Positions 28,273-37,780 of a stretch of 64,000 bases of DNA are shown here, one piece after another. The stretch lies in IMG/VR virus record IMGVR_UViG_3300036884_000163, positions 8,950-72,949 of that record, one strand, 5' to 3'. The DNA comes from a virus. The notes beneath the pieces were generated by a model. The model did no database searches. It had not been told where the DNA came from and was given only the letters and a program-made list of their open reading frames with translations. A program made the translations under genes and the position numbers. Every line of letters begins with the position of its first letter. The stretch's first letter is position 1.

Positions 28273-30779
28273 TACATCGCTCCCCCGCCCGGCACTGGTG
28301 CGGATGGTCCGCCCTTGCCAGGAGGTGCCTGTCCTAACTTGCCGCCCCAACCAGGCGTTCCCGCATCGAGCAGCGCCGGTCCTGCCTGTCCGGCAATCTT
28401 CTCCATCTGCATGGACATCACCGCCAGTTTCAAGTAGCCGCGAATTTGCACGTCCGCGGGCGATCCTAGCGGCAATTCCTGCCAGTTCTTGATGCCGTAG
28501 CGGATCACCTGCGAAATGACTAAGTCCCACTTCCCAGAGAAGAACTCCTTGTCCGGTTCGACCGAGGGTTTCATCACCGGCATACCATCTGGCCCCGGCA
28601 CGTTCGACGGAATCGGCTGCGCGCCCGGCGCGATCAGTGCGGTAATGTCCGCCTTGATCTTGTCAATGAAGATTTGCTCGGGCAGCTCGAAATCGTAAGG
28701 AGCCAAATAGCGCATGGCGCAACGCCTGTTTTCCGGGGTGTCCAGAACTTCCATGACTAGCGGGTTCGGCTCCCGGCCGCTCGCCATCTGGATCAGTTCT
28801 TTGTAGAGTGCGCGTTGCGCCTCGAAGTCAATCGGGTAGTCCTGATCCGCCAACGGTCGGGCATCGGCCTTTCCGTCAAGGTCGGCCAGTCGAATCGGTT
28901 CATTAGAGAAGTCGGATGAACTATCGCTTTTCGTGACCTTGTACTCGTCGTCAGTCGCGTTCTCTGCGAAGCAATCGACGCTTAAGGTTGCAGCTCGTGT
29001 CCATTCCGCGCGCAAAGCGTTCCAGTAGGGTAAGAGCGTGCCTTTAGCCGTATCGAGCGCCTGCTCCTGCCCGCCCTTGGTCTTGATGTCCTTGTCCGAA
29101 CCTCCGAAGGTCATCGGCGTCAGGCCAAGCAGTAATTGGAAATACTTGAACAGTTGTTCAATCCACTGCGGAGCGGTCGCATCAAGATGGAATTCCGGCT
29201 GAAAGAAAACATCCTTCATGCTGCGGCCTACATCGCCGTTCACCGCCACGCCAATCATGGTAGCGGGCGGCAGAAAGACGCCGTTCATCCCCTCGCCGAT
29301 GATCGTCTCGTTAAACAGAATCGGCGGACAGCCTATACGGTCATGCGCATCGTCCACTGAATCTGTCCGGTCATTGATCCGATCCTGGAAGTCGAGGCCG
29401 AGTTTGACTGGAGCTGTTGGGTAGGCTCCTACACCTTTTTCCGCGCCGCACCAGGTCCACTGTTTCCGGAACACTGCAGGCTGGATGTCGATCAGTTTGT
29501 CTTGAAACCAGACCCCGACACATCCCTCGCCAACGTACTGCGCCAGTTCATCGGCGTCTTCCTTCTTATCAATAGCCGCGATCGCGTCTTGCGTGTACCA
29601 GACGCGGTGCAGCGAGTTCATCTTTTGCAGCGTGTTCGTCCCAAAAGACGAGCCACCAGACCGCGAGCCGCCAGGGGAGGCAACCCTCATCCTGGCCTGC
29701 CGGGCAATCTCGCCGTCGGTGATGCCGGAATCGGAGCCGCTGTTTTTTGCCAGATCCCAGTTGTCTGGATAGAGCCGACGGAATGCTCCTTTGGTGATTT
29801 CCGCCTGGTAATCGCCGAGCGGTGTATTGGCAATCACTCCACCACCGTTCGTGTTGGCTTGAGGCATCACTTCCATACTCAAGCCATGCACCACGTCCCA
29901 GCGAACTTGGCCGTTTGGAACTTCCCGCTGTCCGGTAATCACCGGCATCTTGATTCTGGCGCCGGGGTAGAAATTCTCTTGACCTAACGGCTTTCCACAC
30001 TGCGGGCAAGGCACGTTCTCTTGCAGGTTTTGACTGAGATCAACTGGAGCCTGACCGCCGCACTGCGGGCACTCGAAGCGATCGGGAGAGACTTGCCGCT
30101 CCTGCATCGACGTGATGTCTTCGTAATGCGTCCCGGTAATTCCGGGGTCCATCGACCAGCGGATGTGCCGGAAATAATGGCCGGTCAGGAACAGGAATTC
30201 CTTGCACTGCTCGAGGAAATTCCGGTCCTCGTTGTCCGAGGAAATCTTTCCGTAGGCGCGATCTCTGGCAACGGCCGCTCTCGCATCGAGATCGGAGTCG
30301 GAGTCTCCCGGCCACCACTCTACCCCTGGAACCGTGCCGAACATGGAGCTCCATACCCTGCAGGCCCAGCCGATGACGTTGACGTTTTTCTGCGGAGTGT
30401 AGTCGGTATGGCCTTGTTCGGTGCCCGCGTTCGTCCCCTGCGATCGCATGATGTCGTTGTAGCCGACATAGGCGCAGGTGAGCGGATCCCACCCGATGTG
30501 CTGGTTGCCCTTTTTGTACTCGATGGCGCGCGTAATGGAGCGAATGACTTCGCGCCGCTGCACCGACCAATCCTCGATGTGCTGCTTCCAGCAAGTCTTC
30601 AGGCCGGACTCGAACTTCGCTATCGCAGTTTTGTCCTGCGTTTTGAAGAACGCGGCAAGGCGGTCTTCCGGCTTGCCAGTGGCCGGCGTCGCCGCGGAAG
30701 TTTCGGGACGCTGATCGGGCTTCTGATCTTCTGGGGAAGGCTGCCGGCCGTCGCCGAGTTGGAGAGTTGGACTTGCCAC
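28272..30779 (-). CDS. portal protein
   Basis: 835 aa; YKKGNQH, NVIG, DFQDRIN, KTKGGQEQ motifs; Pro/Gly-rich tail; position before scaffold and capsid. Confidence 0.8.
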   Translation of the reverse strand: MASPTLQLGDGRQPSPEDQKPDQRPETSAATPATGKPEDRLAAFFKTQDKTAIAKFESGLKTCWKQHIEDWSVQRREVIRSITRAIEYKKGNQHIGWDPLTCAYVGYNDIMRSQGTNAGTEQGHTDYTPQKNVNVIGWACRVWSSMFGTVPGVEWWPGDSDSDLDARAAVARDRAYGKISSDNEDRNFLEQCKEFLFLTGHYFRHIRWSMDPGITGTHYEDITSMQERQVSPDRFECPQCGGQAPVDLSQNLQENVPCPQCGKPLGQENFYPGARIKMPVITGQREVPNGQVRWDVVHGLSMEVMPQANTNGGGVIANTPLGDYQAEITKGAFRRLYPDNWDLAKNSGSDSGITDGEIARQARMRVASPGGSRSGGSSFGTNTLQKMNSLHRVWYTQDAIAAIDKKEDADELAQYVGEGCVGVWFQDKLIDIQPAVFRKQWTWCGAEKGVGAYPTAPVKLGLDFQDRINDRTDSVDDAHDRIGCPPILFNETIIGEGMNGVFLPPATMIGVAVNGDVGRSMKDVFFQPEFHLDATAPQWIEQLFKYFQLLLGLTPMTFGGSDKDIKTKGGQEQALDTAKGTLLPYWNALRAEWTRAATLSVDCFAENATDDEYKVTKSDSSSDFSNEPIRLADLDGKADARPLADQDYPIDFEAQRALYKELIQMASGREPNPLVMEVLDTPENRRCAMRYLAPYDFELPEQIFIDKIKADITALIAPGAQPIPSNVPGPDGMPVMKPSVEPDKEFFSGKWDLVISQVIRYGIKNWQELPLGSPADVQIRGYLKLAVMSMQMEKIAGQAGPALLDAGTPGWGGKLGQAPPGKGGPSAPVPGGGAM

Positions 30780-30782
30780 GAG

Positions 30783-31538
30783 TTACCAGGGCCGGCCGAC
30801 ATGAACCATCCACAGATCGGTGTCAGGGGCTGCGATTACACTGAAAGGCATCCAGAAATAACCCCGCTGTCCCCAACCGTCTGACCAACTGTTCTGGATA
30901 AGCGCCAGTTGTTTCGGCAGGTCATATCCCAGACAAAGAACTTCGTGACCACCGTCTGATGCTTCACCAGGTTTCGGTGGCGACATGATGCCAGTCTCTC
31001 CGACAGGGCCGGTCATAAACGACATTGGTACAGAGAACGCAACCAGTACCGGCCATGGCGTCGGATCGGCGAGGCAGGTCAGCACATCGTTCAGCGTGGC
31101 CAGCCGGTGATAGGCTCCGGTTCTGTATTTGAATGCGTTCGCCATCTGTTCTGGGGTTAGGGCGACTATCTTGCGTGACGCATCTGGGTAAAGCGAATCC
31201 TCGCACGCTCCAAATTTCGTGAGCATCTGGCAAGCCGTGCGCGGCATCGCACCTTGTCCGTTCGGAAAAGTACCCTCAGCCTGCAATGCTTCCACGTACA
31301 GACTTAAGGGGCTAAGAACAGGCGACACCTTCTCGTAGCGGCGCGCAATCCATTCGCGCCCCGAAGTGAAGGCATGACCAATACAGGTCGGTTGATCGCC
31401 CTGATCCTTGATTGGGCCACCAAACTCGCGCAAGTCAACCTGTTGCGGAAGCACTGGGATGCCACGACCTAGAGCAACGCGGTACATTCGATCCCGCACG
31501 TCATGCACGTCGCGGACCGCTCCATTCTTGCGAATCAT
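30783..31538 (-). CDS. papain-like C1 cysteine peptidase
   Basis: VDLR..PIKDQG..TC (Gln, Cys), GGHEVLCLGYD (His), QNSW..WGQRGYFW (Asn). Confidence 0.92.
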   Translation of the reverse strand: MIRKNGAVRDVHDVRDRMYRVALGRGIPVLPQQVDLREFGGPIKDQGDQPTCIGHAFTSGREWIARRYEKVSPVLSPLSLYVEALQAEGTFPNGQGAMPRTACQMLTKFGACEDSLYPDASRKIVALTPEQMANAFKYRTGAYHRLATLNDVLTCLADPTPWPVLVAFSVPMSFMTGPVGETGIMSPPKPGEASDGGHEVLCLGYDLPKQLALIQNSWSDGWGQRGYFWMPFSVIAAPDTDLWMVHVGRPW

Positions 31539-31792
31539 CGCCCAAACGCCTTACTCATCGCTTCGGGGGGCATGGACGCGCCGGACTTCTTCGGCGCTTT
31601 GCCTTTGATCGCATTGTGAGCGGTCATCAGCCCTGCAATGTGATCGGCACCAGGACTGCCGTCAGGATGCATGGACTCCTCGCCGCCCATCATCGTGTTG
31701 CCTTCGTCGCCGTCCGGCTCGCGCTCCACGCGTAGTGTGTGGCCGCCGGCCATCGACTTGATGTGCATCGCCTTGACTTTCCCTTTTGCCAT
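31535..31792 (-). CDS. small basic hypothetical protein
   Basis: GGAG RBS; coupled to the peptidase. Confidence 0.55.
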   Translation of the reverse strand: MAKGKVKAMHIKSMAGGHTLRVEREPDGDEGNTMMGGEESMHPDGSPGADHIAGLMTAHNAIKGKAPKKSGASMPPEAMSKAFGR

Positions 31793-31796
31793 AGTT

Positions 31797-31985
31797 TTAG
31801 TCTCCCTCGTTGTCCGCTACGTCCTTCTTCGTTTCCGAATCAATGACTTGGTAGAGTTCCGGCTTATCATTCTTTGCTGCGGCGATCGCCTCTTCTGCAG
31901 TATCGAAGTCGCCCTCGAAATCCCCCCAGCCACCGCACGGATAATAGGCCGCAAAAGTAAACAACAAGAACCGCTTCAACGCCAT
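31797..31985 (-). CDS. small hypothetical phage protein
   Basis: YYPCGGWGDF.G.FDTAEEA motif common in phage small proteins. Confidence 0.6.
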   Translation of the reverse strand: MALKRFLLFTFAAYYPCGGWGDFEGDFDTAEEAIAAAKNDKPELYQVIDSETKKDVADNEGD

Positions 31986-31986
31986 C

Positions 31987-32424
31987 TCAGTCTCCCGCTG
32001 CCTTCTGGGCTTCTGTAATTGTGTCGTTCAACCTTGCCACAACTTCCGCCTGCTCTTTCGGCAGCGGACGCGAATGGCCTTGCATCTCTTCAAGCTTCTG
32101 TTGCTGCTGCACTTCAAACAGCGCCAGTTCGCGGCGGGCCTGCTTTGGGGCGCGCGCCGCATTCACCAGCGCCTTGCTCGCCTCTCCAGCTTGCTCGGGC
32201 GGCCTGCCTGCAATCGGCTTGTGCGGCTGGTACGCCTCTGGCAACAAGTCGGGATCGAATGCCACTCCTCCGCCAACTCGCCAGTTCAAAAAGTTCCAGA
32301 GCTTCTGATTGCGCGCTCGCTCGAAGTCAAGGTCATCCCGCAGACGGTTCAGGTCTACTCGCTGATCATCGAACCGTTCGCGGCTGACGAAGGGCAATTC
32401 CCACATTTTCAACGTCCCTTTCAT
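31987..32424 (-). CDS. hypothetical coiled-coil protein
   Basis: ORF in the operon. Confidence 0.55.
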   Translation of the reverse strand: MKGTLKMWELPFVSRERFDDQRVDLNRLRDDLDFERARNQKLWNFLNWRVGGGVAFDPDLLPEAYQPHKPIAGRPPEQAGEASKALVNAARAPKQARRELALFEVQQQQKLEEMQGHSRPLPKEQAEVVARLNDTITEAQKAAGD

Positions 32425-32445
32425 TGCTTTATCTATGCGCGAAGA

Positions 32446-33201
32446 TCAATACACCCTGCAGGACGATCCGCGATAAATCGTTACCAGATCGGCGACAGTC
32501 GGCGCTACAAGCTGAATGTTGAGCACAGTCCCGGAAGCGCTTGCACCCTCTACCGTTCCCCAGATATGAGCTGGCATCTGGGTTGCGGCACCGCCAAGCG
32601 TCCAAGCCACGCCAATCGCCTGCGATGATGTACTAGAAATCTGATCAACGATCGCGCCTGATTTTGAAGACCCCGTGGCCGTGCTCATGAGGTAGGAGGC
32701 GGTTATGTTGGTTGCTGCGTTAGTCGCCGTCTGTACGTCCCAATAGTTTGCGGTTGCCGCGGTAGCCTGCCCAACGATAAGATTGCAGTCAAAACTCCAA
32801 GTCGCAGCGACCAAGGGCAGAGTAAAACTTAGTGCGCCAATCGTCACCGGACTGGTGCAATCACTGACCGTCCCGGCCGTTCCGCACGTCCAGTCGGCCC
32901 CGGTAATTGTTTTCGTCTGCGGAAAGCTCCCGGCAAAGGCCGTCCACGCCGATCCACTGTATTGACAGGTAACAATGGTCGTTCCTGCCCCAGCGCCGCA
33001 GTCCGTGGCTGAGTTTCCGTTTGTGACCACGGCAATGGTGCCAGCCGTTTTTCCCGAAACACTGGCCAGTCCGGCAACGGTCGTAATCGGGATACCACCA
33101 CCGCCGCCACCTGGTTGAACCAAGGTCTGAGCAAAGACAGGGGCGGAGAACAGCAACGAGAGCACCAACAGCCTCAACGATTTCATGGGAAGTGTTCTCA
33201 T
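32446..33201 (-). CDS. signal-peptide-bearing beta-rich protein (fibre-tip-like)
   Basis: MKSLRLLVLSLLFSAPVFA-Q; Thr/Ala/Gly-rich; several close Cys pairs. Confidence 0.65.
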   Translation of the reverse strand: MRTLPMKSLRLLVLSLLFSAPVFAQTLVQPGGGGGGIPITTVAGLASVSGKTAGTIAVVTNGNSATDCGAGAGTTIVTCQYSGSAWTAFAGSFPQTKTITGADWTCGTAGTVSDCTSPVTIGALSFTLPLVAATWSFDCNLIVGQATAATANYWDVQTATNAATNITASYLMSTATGSSKSGAIVDQISSTSSQAIGVAWTLGGAATQMPAHIWGTVEGASASGTVLNIQLVAPTVADLVTIYRGSSCRVY

Positions 33202-33620
33202 CGGGATAGTTGCCGCCATTCGCGCATCTCAACATAAACCGCCGTCGCGCTCGCGCTTTTCACTTTCAAATACGGAGTTGCCGGACGAACGACTCCATCG
33301 GGATAAGTGAAACTGCCGAATCCGACATGCTCATTCTTTGCGATGGCGTCCCCGATCTGGATGATCTCGCCGGGAACCGCGGGATAGGTGTTAGCGTAGT
33401 TTTCGTCAGCTCGCTGGTATTCGAGTCCTTGCCCGGTAAAAGCTCCGCCAGTGTAGTTGCCGACGCCGCCTTGTGGACATTCCTGAACCTCGACATATCC
33501 GAATGATCCCTGCGAAGCGGAGAGCAGAACGAATGCGCCGGCACTTCCGTTGATAGTGACGATGGTGCGGATCGGGCTTGCCCGGTTCACCACACCTGCG
33601 GTATTGGTCGGATTGGCCAA
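33198..33620 (-). CDS. hypothetical structural protein
   Basis: GGAGG RBS, TTG start, beta-rich. Confidence 0.55.
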   Translation of the reverse strand: MANPTNTAGVVNRASPIRTIVTINGSAGAFVLLSASQGSFGYVEVQECPQGGVGNYTGGAFTGQGLEYQRADENYANTYPAVPGEIIQIGDAIAKNEHVGFGSFTYPDGVVRPATPYLKVKSASATAVYVEMREWRQLSR

Positions 33621-33621
33621 G

Positions 33622-33825
33622 TTATTTCCTCCCGGCGCCGGTCGCGGCTGCCCACTTCTTCTTCATTGGTGAGGCCTTGTACTCTTCGTCGCCAGCATCC
33701 GCTTTCTTCTTTTCGGAAAGCATGATCGCGATAGCTTGTTGACGGGTTTTTACGACCGGGCCGGCCGGACCTCCGGAGTGCAGGGTTCCTGCTTTCCATT
33801 TTCCCATCACCGCTGTATATGGCAT
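33622..33825 (-). CDS. DUF6496-like small basic protein
   Basis: VMGKWKAGTLHSG..VKTRQQAIAIMLSE. Confidence 0.7.
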   Translation of the reverse strand: MPYTAVMGKWKAGTLHSGGPAGPVVKTRQQAIAIMLSEKKKADAGDEEYKASPMKKKWAAATGAGRK

Positions 33826-34313
33826 TGTAGGTACTCTAAGGCGTTACGCAGGCCGTCAACACTGTCACCGAAACAACCAAGTCCAGTGTTGCAGGTGCTA
33901 CACAACAGGCCGCGTATCGTCCCTGTCTCATGATCATGGTCAACGGCCAGTTTTCGTGCTTGAGTCTTTCCGCAAATTTTGCAGTGCCCAGATTGCTTGG
34001 TAAACATCCGCTCATATCGGTCGGGCGTGCAACCCAATTTCCCAATTTGTCGTACCCAGTTCCGCGCCAACGTCTTGGTCTTGTGCTTGGCATAGTAACG
34101 ACGGTGCATTGCTTGCCACTTTTCTGGATCGGCTGCGTATCGCGCTTTGTCCTTTTGTCGTCTTACTTCTAATGAATCGCCGAACTCGTGGGTGCATGTT
34201 CGACACTCAAGATAAACTCTGTCCCCGCGTCGGCGTTCATAACAATTTTCCTTTGTCCGCAGATGTCCGCGTCCACAATGCGTCGAGCGGCGACCAAACG
34301 TTGACCTCTGCAT
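33807..34313 (-). CDS. endonuclease VII-like homing nuclease
   Basis: CKICG..LAVDHDHETGTIRGLLCSTCNTGLG; N-terminal THCGRGH...CRTC. Confidence 0.88.
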   Translation of the reverse strand: MQRSTFGRRSTHCGRGHLRTKENCYERRRGDRVYLECRTCTHEFGDSLEVRRQKDKARYAADPEKWQAMHRRYYAKHKTKTLARNWVRQIGKLGCTPDRYERMFTKQSGHCKICGKTQARKLAVDHDHETGTIRGLLCSTCNTGLGCFGDSVDGLRNALEYLQCHIQR

Positions 34314-34319
34314 CTCTAC

Positions 34320-34508
34320 TTACCGCCCTCCGGCGTTCTTTGCGAAGCGCGCTTCCTTACCTAACACTCCGGGAGCATGCGCTTCCTTTGCTGCGTAGGC
34401 TTGCGTGCTCATGCCGGCCCGCGCCGCCTTGCGCCCAAACAGACCCTTGGTTCCGTGCTTCGTCATGGCTGCGCGCGCCGCCTGCATCCAATGAGCTTTC
34501 TCGGCCAT
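34320..34508 (-). CDS. small basic Ala/Lys-rich phage protein
   Basis: GGAG RBS; W.Q.A....G...GVLGKEARFA. Confidence 0.6.
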   Translation of the reverse strand: MAEKAHWMQAARAAMTKHGTKGLFGRKAARAGMSTQAYAAKEAHAPGVLGKEARFAKNAGGR

Positions 34509-34748
34509 GTCTCTCCCTACTATCCCCAGATTCGCAGCGCCAAGTCTGCCGCCTCAATCCATAGAAACAAGAGCGCCAGTCCGATGAACCAGCACAGGAG
34601 TTTCGCCGGTTTCGTCATCGAAGTATCAGCCACCCAGCGCCCATGATGTTCCTCATTCAAAAAAGTTCTCCCAGCAACCCGGTTCAGCTCTTCACGGCGA
34701 CTCCGCTTTCCTTAGCGGTGATCGGGAAGCTGGGAGGAATGCGCAACA

Positions 34749-36467
34749 TCAGTTCAAGACTTTTACTGACAAATTCATCAACTTCGGTACTGCAGTCGAT
34801 GACGTGGTTTGCACCATAATCACCTGCAAACGTGCTGGCCCCGCCAAGTTCAGCGAGCCAACTGCTGCCACGGTCATATTCGGCCCCACCGCAGGAGTTG
34901 CGCACGTAGTCAATGCACATTCCGCCAAGTAGCCATGACCCGCCTGAATGCTTCCGCCAGTTGCCGTAGCCGAAGCTACGGTCGTGGTGAAATCCTGGCA
35001 GAAGTCAAACTGCCCGGTAGTTCCAGTCGTCAACGTATTGGTTACGGAAGGCCCGCCAATCAGAACCGGCAACCCGGTGGTGACGTCCGACCCCTGCGCA
35101 TCCCACTCGAAGGCGATCTGCACAACCGTGCTTGCGCCCTGCGTGGACGAATAGGCGTAGCCGCAGACCTCAATGCTGCGGCCGACGTAGTTCATGAAGC
35201 CAGCAGGAAGCTCAACCGATCCCAAAGGCTGAGGAACGGTCGAGGCCGCCGCAGTGGCAATCGTGTTAGCTGGCAGCACTTTCACGACACCCGGTATTCC
35301 AGGAGTCGCTGCCGGCGCATAGGTATACGCGGTTCGCGCCTCACTGTTTGCTTGGTAGTAGCTGGCCGTTGAGATCAGACCGAGCTGGACACCTTGCGGC
35401 GAAGTTACCACTGGATACGCAGTAACGACCGCACCGGAACCGGTCTGGCCGTAACTGGCGTTGGTAATCGCGCAAGCGTACTTGCCAATCGACAGCAGAA
35501 TGGGACTCAAAGTGCACACCCCACTCGATACCGGCGCGACGTTTACTACCGTCGGCTGAGTGTAGAGCTTCACTTGATATTCGTTCGTAGCCGCGCCGCT
35601 CATCAGCCCGATATACGGAATCCATCCGCACGCTCCTGTAATGGCGGCGGGCGCCGTGAACTGGATTGCCGTGGTAGCCGTAGCTGTGAAGGAGTAATCG
35701 GCGGATTCCGGTCCTTCGTTGCCCATGCAATCGACTGGAGTGTAAGCAACGTGGATGGTTGCGGCGGTGTACGACGCGGAACCGGCCACGGTGAGACTCG
35801 AAAACGCCGTAGCGGACGTCAGCGCACCCGGAGCCGCGAACAGGCCAGCCGCCGGAGCGGGATTCCAGTACTGCCACTGCGGGCCGCGCTTATCGATAAT
35901 CTGAACACTGGGATAAACCAATGTTCCTAGTGGATACGCCGAGGGCAGGCTAGCCGCAGAATCAATCGTGACGATGCCTACACCCAGCGACAGTGCATCA
36001 TTCATCGCTTCTGCCACTCCGCCATCGCCGGACGTGATGGTCACTCCCTGCGCGTGCGAGTTGGCAAAGGTTGCAGTGAACGAGCAGAAATACGGTTGCG
36101 GGTAAGACGGGGTAGTGGCAGCCACCGACGGGAACGATGCGGCGGTTTCCGAAGCCACTGCTTCCGAGCTTGCTCCGTCCTGCACCTGGATGGGAACATT
36201 CAGCGCCTGAGCGCCCTGCGCCCAGAAAGGAAAGATTTGACGGTTGCCAGTGCCCACGTGGATAAAGCACGGAGCGATCTGAACGTTGTTCGCGCCGACC
36301 GCGATCGGACTGAGCGTGGTCACCGCCCACTTGCCATACTCCGAGACGATGATCTCGCCCGCGACCTGGTTAGATTGTGAAGGGTTGCCGGATTGAGCCA
36401 GCGCTGGAACTGTGCCAGCCACCAGCCCGCCGAGTAGAGTTAATGCCAGCGCAAGCTTTCGGATCAT
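34749..36467 (-). CDS. signal-peptide-bearing beta-rich protein
   Basis: MIRKLALALTLLGGLVAGTVPALA-Q; AGGAG RBS; FN3-like DCMGNEGPES segment. Confidence 0.7.
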   Translation of the reverse strand: MIRKLALALTLLGGLVAGTVPALAQSGNPSQSNQVAGEIIVSEYGKWAVTTLSPIAVGANNVQIAPCFIHVGTGNRQIFPFWAQGAQALNVPIQVQDGASSEAVASETAASFPSVAATTPSYPQPYFCSFTATFANSHAQGVTITSGDGGVAEAMNDALSLGVGIVTIDSAASLPSAYPLGTLVYPSVQIIDKRGPQWQYWNPAPAAGLFAAPGALTSATAFSSLTVAGSASYTAATIHVAYTPVDCMGNEGPESADYSFTATATTAIQFTAPAAITGACGWIPYIGLMSGAATNEYQVKLYTQPTVVNVAPVSSGVCTLSPILLSIGKYACAITNASYGQTGSGAVVTAYPVVTSPQGVQLGLISTASYYQANSEARTAYTYAPAATPGIPGVVKVLPANTIATAAASTVPQPLGSVELPAGFMNYVGRSIEVCGYAYSSTQGASTVVQIAFEWDAQGSDVTTGLPVLIGGPSVTNTLTTGTTGQFDFCQDFTTTVASATATGGSIQAGHGYLAECALTTCATPAVGPNMTVAAVGSLNLAGPARLQVIMVQTTSSTAVPKLMNLSVKVLN

Positions 36468-36536
36468 TGTTTTTCTCCTGTTAGTGTGTGAAGCGTTTAC
36501 GCAAAGCCCGCGCGCGGCGGGCGACTTCCTTAGTAT

Positions 36537-36689
36537 CTACAGCCTCCCAAGCAGAAGCAAAATCAACAAGATGAGCAGAATCAGCCCTATACCGCCGCTT
36601 GGGAAATAACCCCAATCTTGGCTATGAGGCCAATTCGGGAGTGCTCCAACAAGCAACAGTACCAACACGATCACTAGAATCAGGTACAT
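36537..36689 (-). CDS. DUF3309-family small membrane protein (not in the ORF track)
   Basis: Manual translation MYLILVIVLVLLLVGALPNWPHSQDWGYFPSGGIGLILLILLILLLLGRL; AGGAG RBS. Confidence 0.85.
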   Translation of the reverse strand: MYLILVIVLVLLLVGALPNWPHSQDWGYFPSGGIGLILLILLILLLLGRL

Positions 36690-36717
36690 TCTCAGTCTCC
36701 TACTTGAACAGAATTGA

Positions 36718-36891
36718 CTACCTCACGGCAGGCCCAAAAACCCTCCAACCCAGGATGCCAACGAGCACCCAGAGGACGGTGTAACCTCCAGCGCGTCGGA
36801 ACCAGGCCGGTTGGCCGGGTTCATAGTAAGACCAGAACGCAGCCAGCAATGCGACGATATAAATCACCCAGAACAAGATGTTTAACGGCAT
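36718..36891 (-). CDS. small two-TM membrane protein
   Basis: MPLNILFWVIYIVALL...LVGILGWRVFGPAVR; AAGGAG RBS. Confidence 0.65.
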   Translation of the reverse strand: MPLNILFWVIYIVALLAAFWSYYEPGQPAWFRRAGGYTVLWVLVGILGWRVFGPAVR

Positions 36892-36908
36892 AGTTATTTC
36901 TCCTTTTC

Positions 36909-37346
36909 TTAAACACAGTGCCCGAAATACCAAGCGGCGACTTCGGCGCGCGTGGACATGCCGGTCTTATTCATCACTTCGCGCATGTAGTTTTTCACTA
37001 CCTGCTCGCTGGTGGAAAGCAACACGCCGATTTGCTTGTTGGTATTTCCGTGCGCCACTCCCTCCAAGACCATTCCTTCTTTCAGAGTGAAGGAGTGCGC
37101 CATTCCTAGAGGGCAAACGAACTTTCCTGAAACATTCGTAAACAGGTTAGCGAGTTTCACCCGCTTTCCGGATTCTTTGATGCCCGCGTGCCGGAACAGC
37201 GTGCGCAGGTGCTGTTTCACTATCCCCATGCTGATGTTCAGGTGGCTCGCGATTTCTTTGTTGCTGCATCCCTGCACCAGCAGACGCAGCACTTGCTGGT
37301 CACGGGCTGTGATCTTGAGCGCGGGTGTCATGACATTTTCGTGCAT
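36909..37346 (-). CDS. tandem LuxR/GerE-type HTH transcriptional regulator
   Basis: Two HTH repeats: ITARDQQVLRLLVQGCSNKEIASHLNIS..VKQHL and FTLKE..VL..VAHGNTNKQIG..L.TSEQVVKNY. Confidence 0.85.
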   Translation of the reverse strand: MHENVMTPALKITARDQQVLRLLVQGCSNKEIASHLNISMGIVKQHLRTLFRHAGIKESGKRVKLANLFTNVSGKFVCPLGMAHSFTLKEGMVLEGVAHGNTNKQIGVLLSTSEQVVKNYMREVMNKTGMSTRAEVAAWYFGHCV

Positions 37347-37567
37347 CTATTACTCTTCGGTTCGTGGCCCGTATCTGTACAATTTAAGTCGATTGGTTCG
37401 CACGGCAATGGCTCAAACTCCACTCCGCCAACCTTTGGAACGCAGAAGAAATTCTCCGGTGCCTTCGGCTTAGGCTTAGGCTTGTGATGGCGGTGAAATG
37501 GCCACCACATCAGCATAAGAATCCCGAGGGTGATGAGTTTGGGAATGGCGCCATCCTCTTAGGCTTC

Positions 37568-37780
37568 TTACTTCTTGCCAAGGGTAACGACATGCACCGT
37601 CGCCCGCGCCGTCTTCTGGGCTGCTTTCTTTGTCGCCTTCGCAATCGGGATAGCGACATAGTTTCGTGTGACGACCGATCCCGCCCCGATGCCCAGACCG
37701 ATGTAGAGGCTTTTGCTGTCCAAGGTGCCAGCGAAGGCCACCGAGGACAGCAGAAGAAGAATGGTCGCTAGGCGCTTCAT
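37568..37780 (-). CDS. small exported/membrane protein
   Basis: MKRLATILLLLSSVAFA signal peptide. Confidence 0.55.
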   Translation of the reverse strand: MKRLATILLLLSSVAFAGTLDSKSLYIGLGIGAGSVVTRNYVAIPIAKATKKAAQKTARATVHVVTLGKK

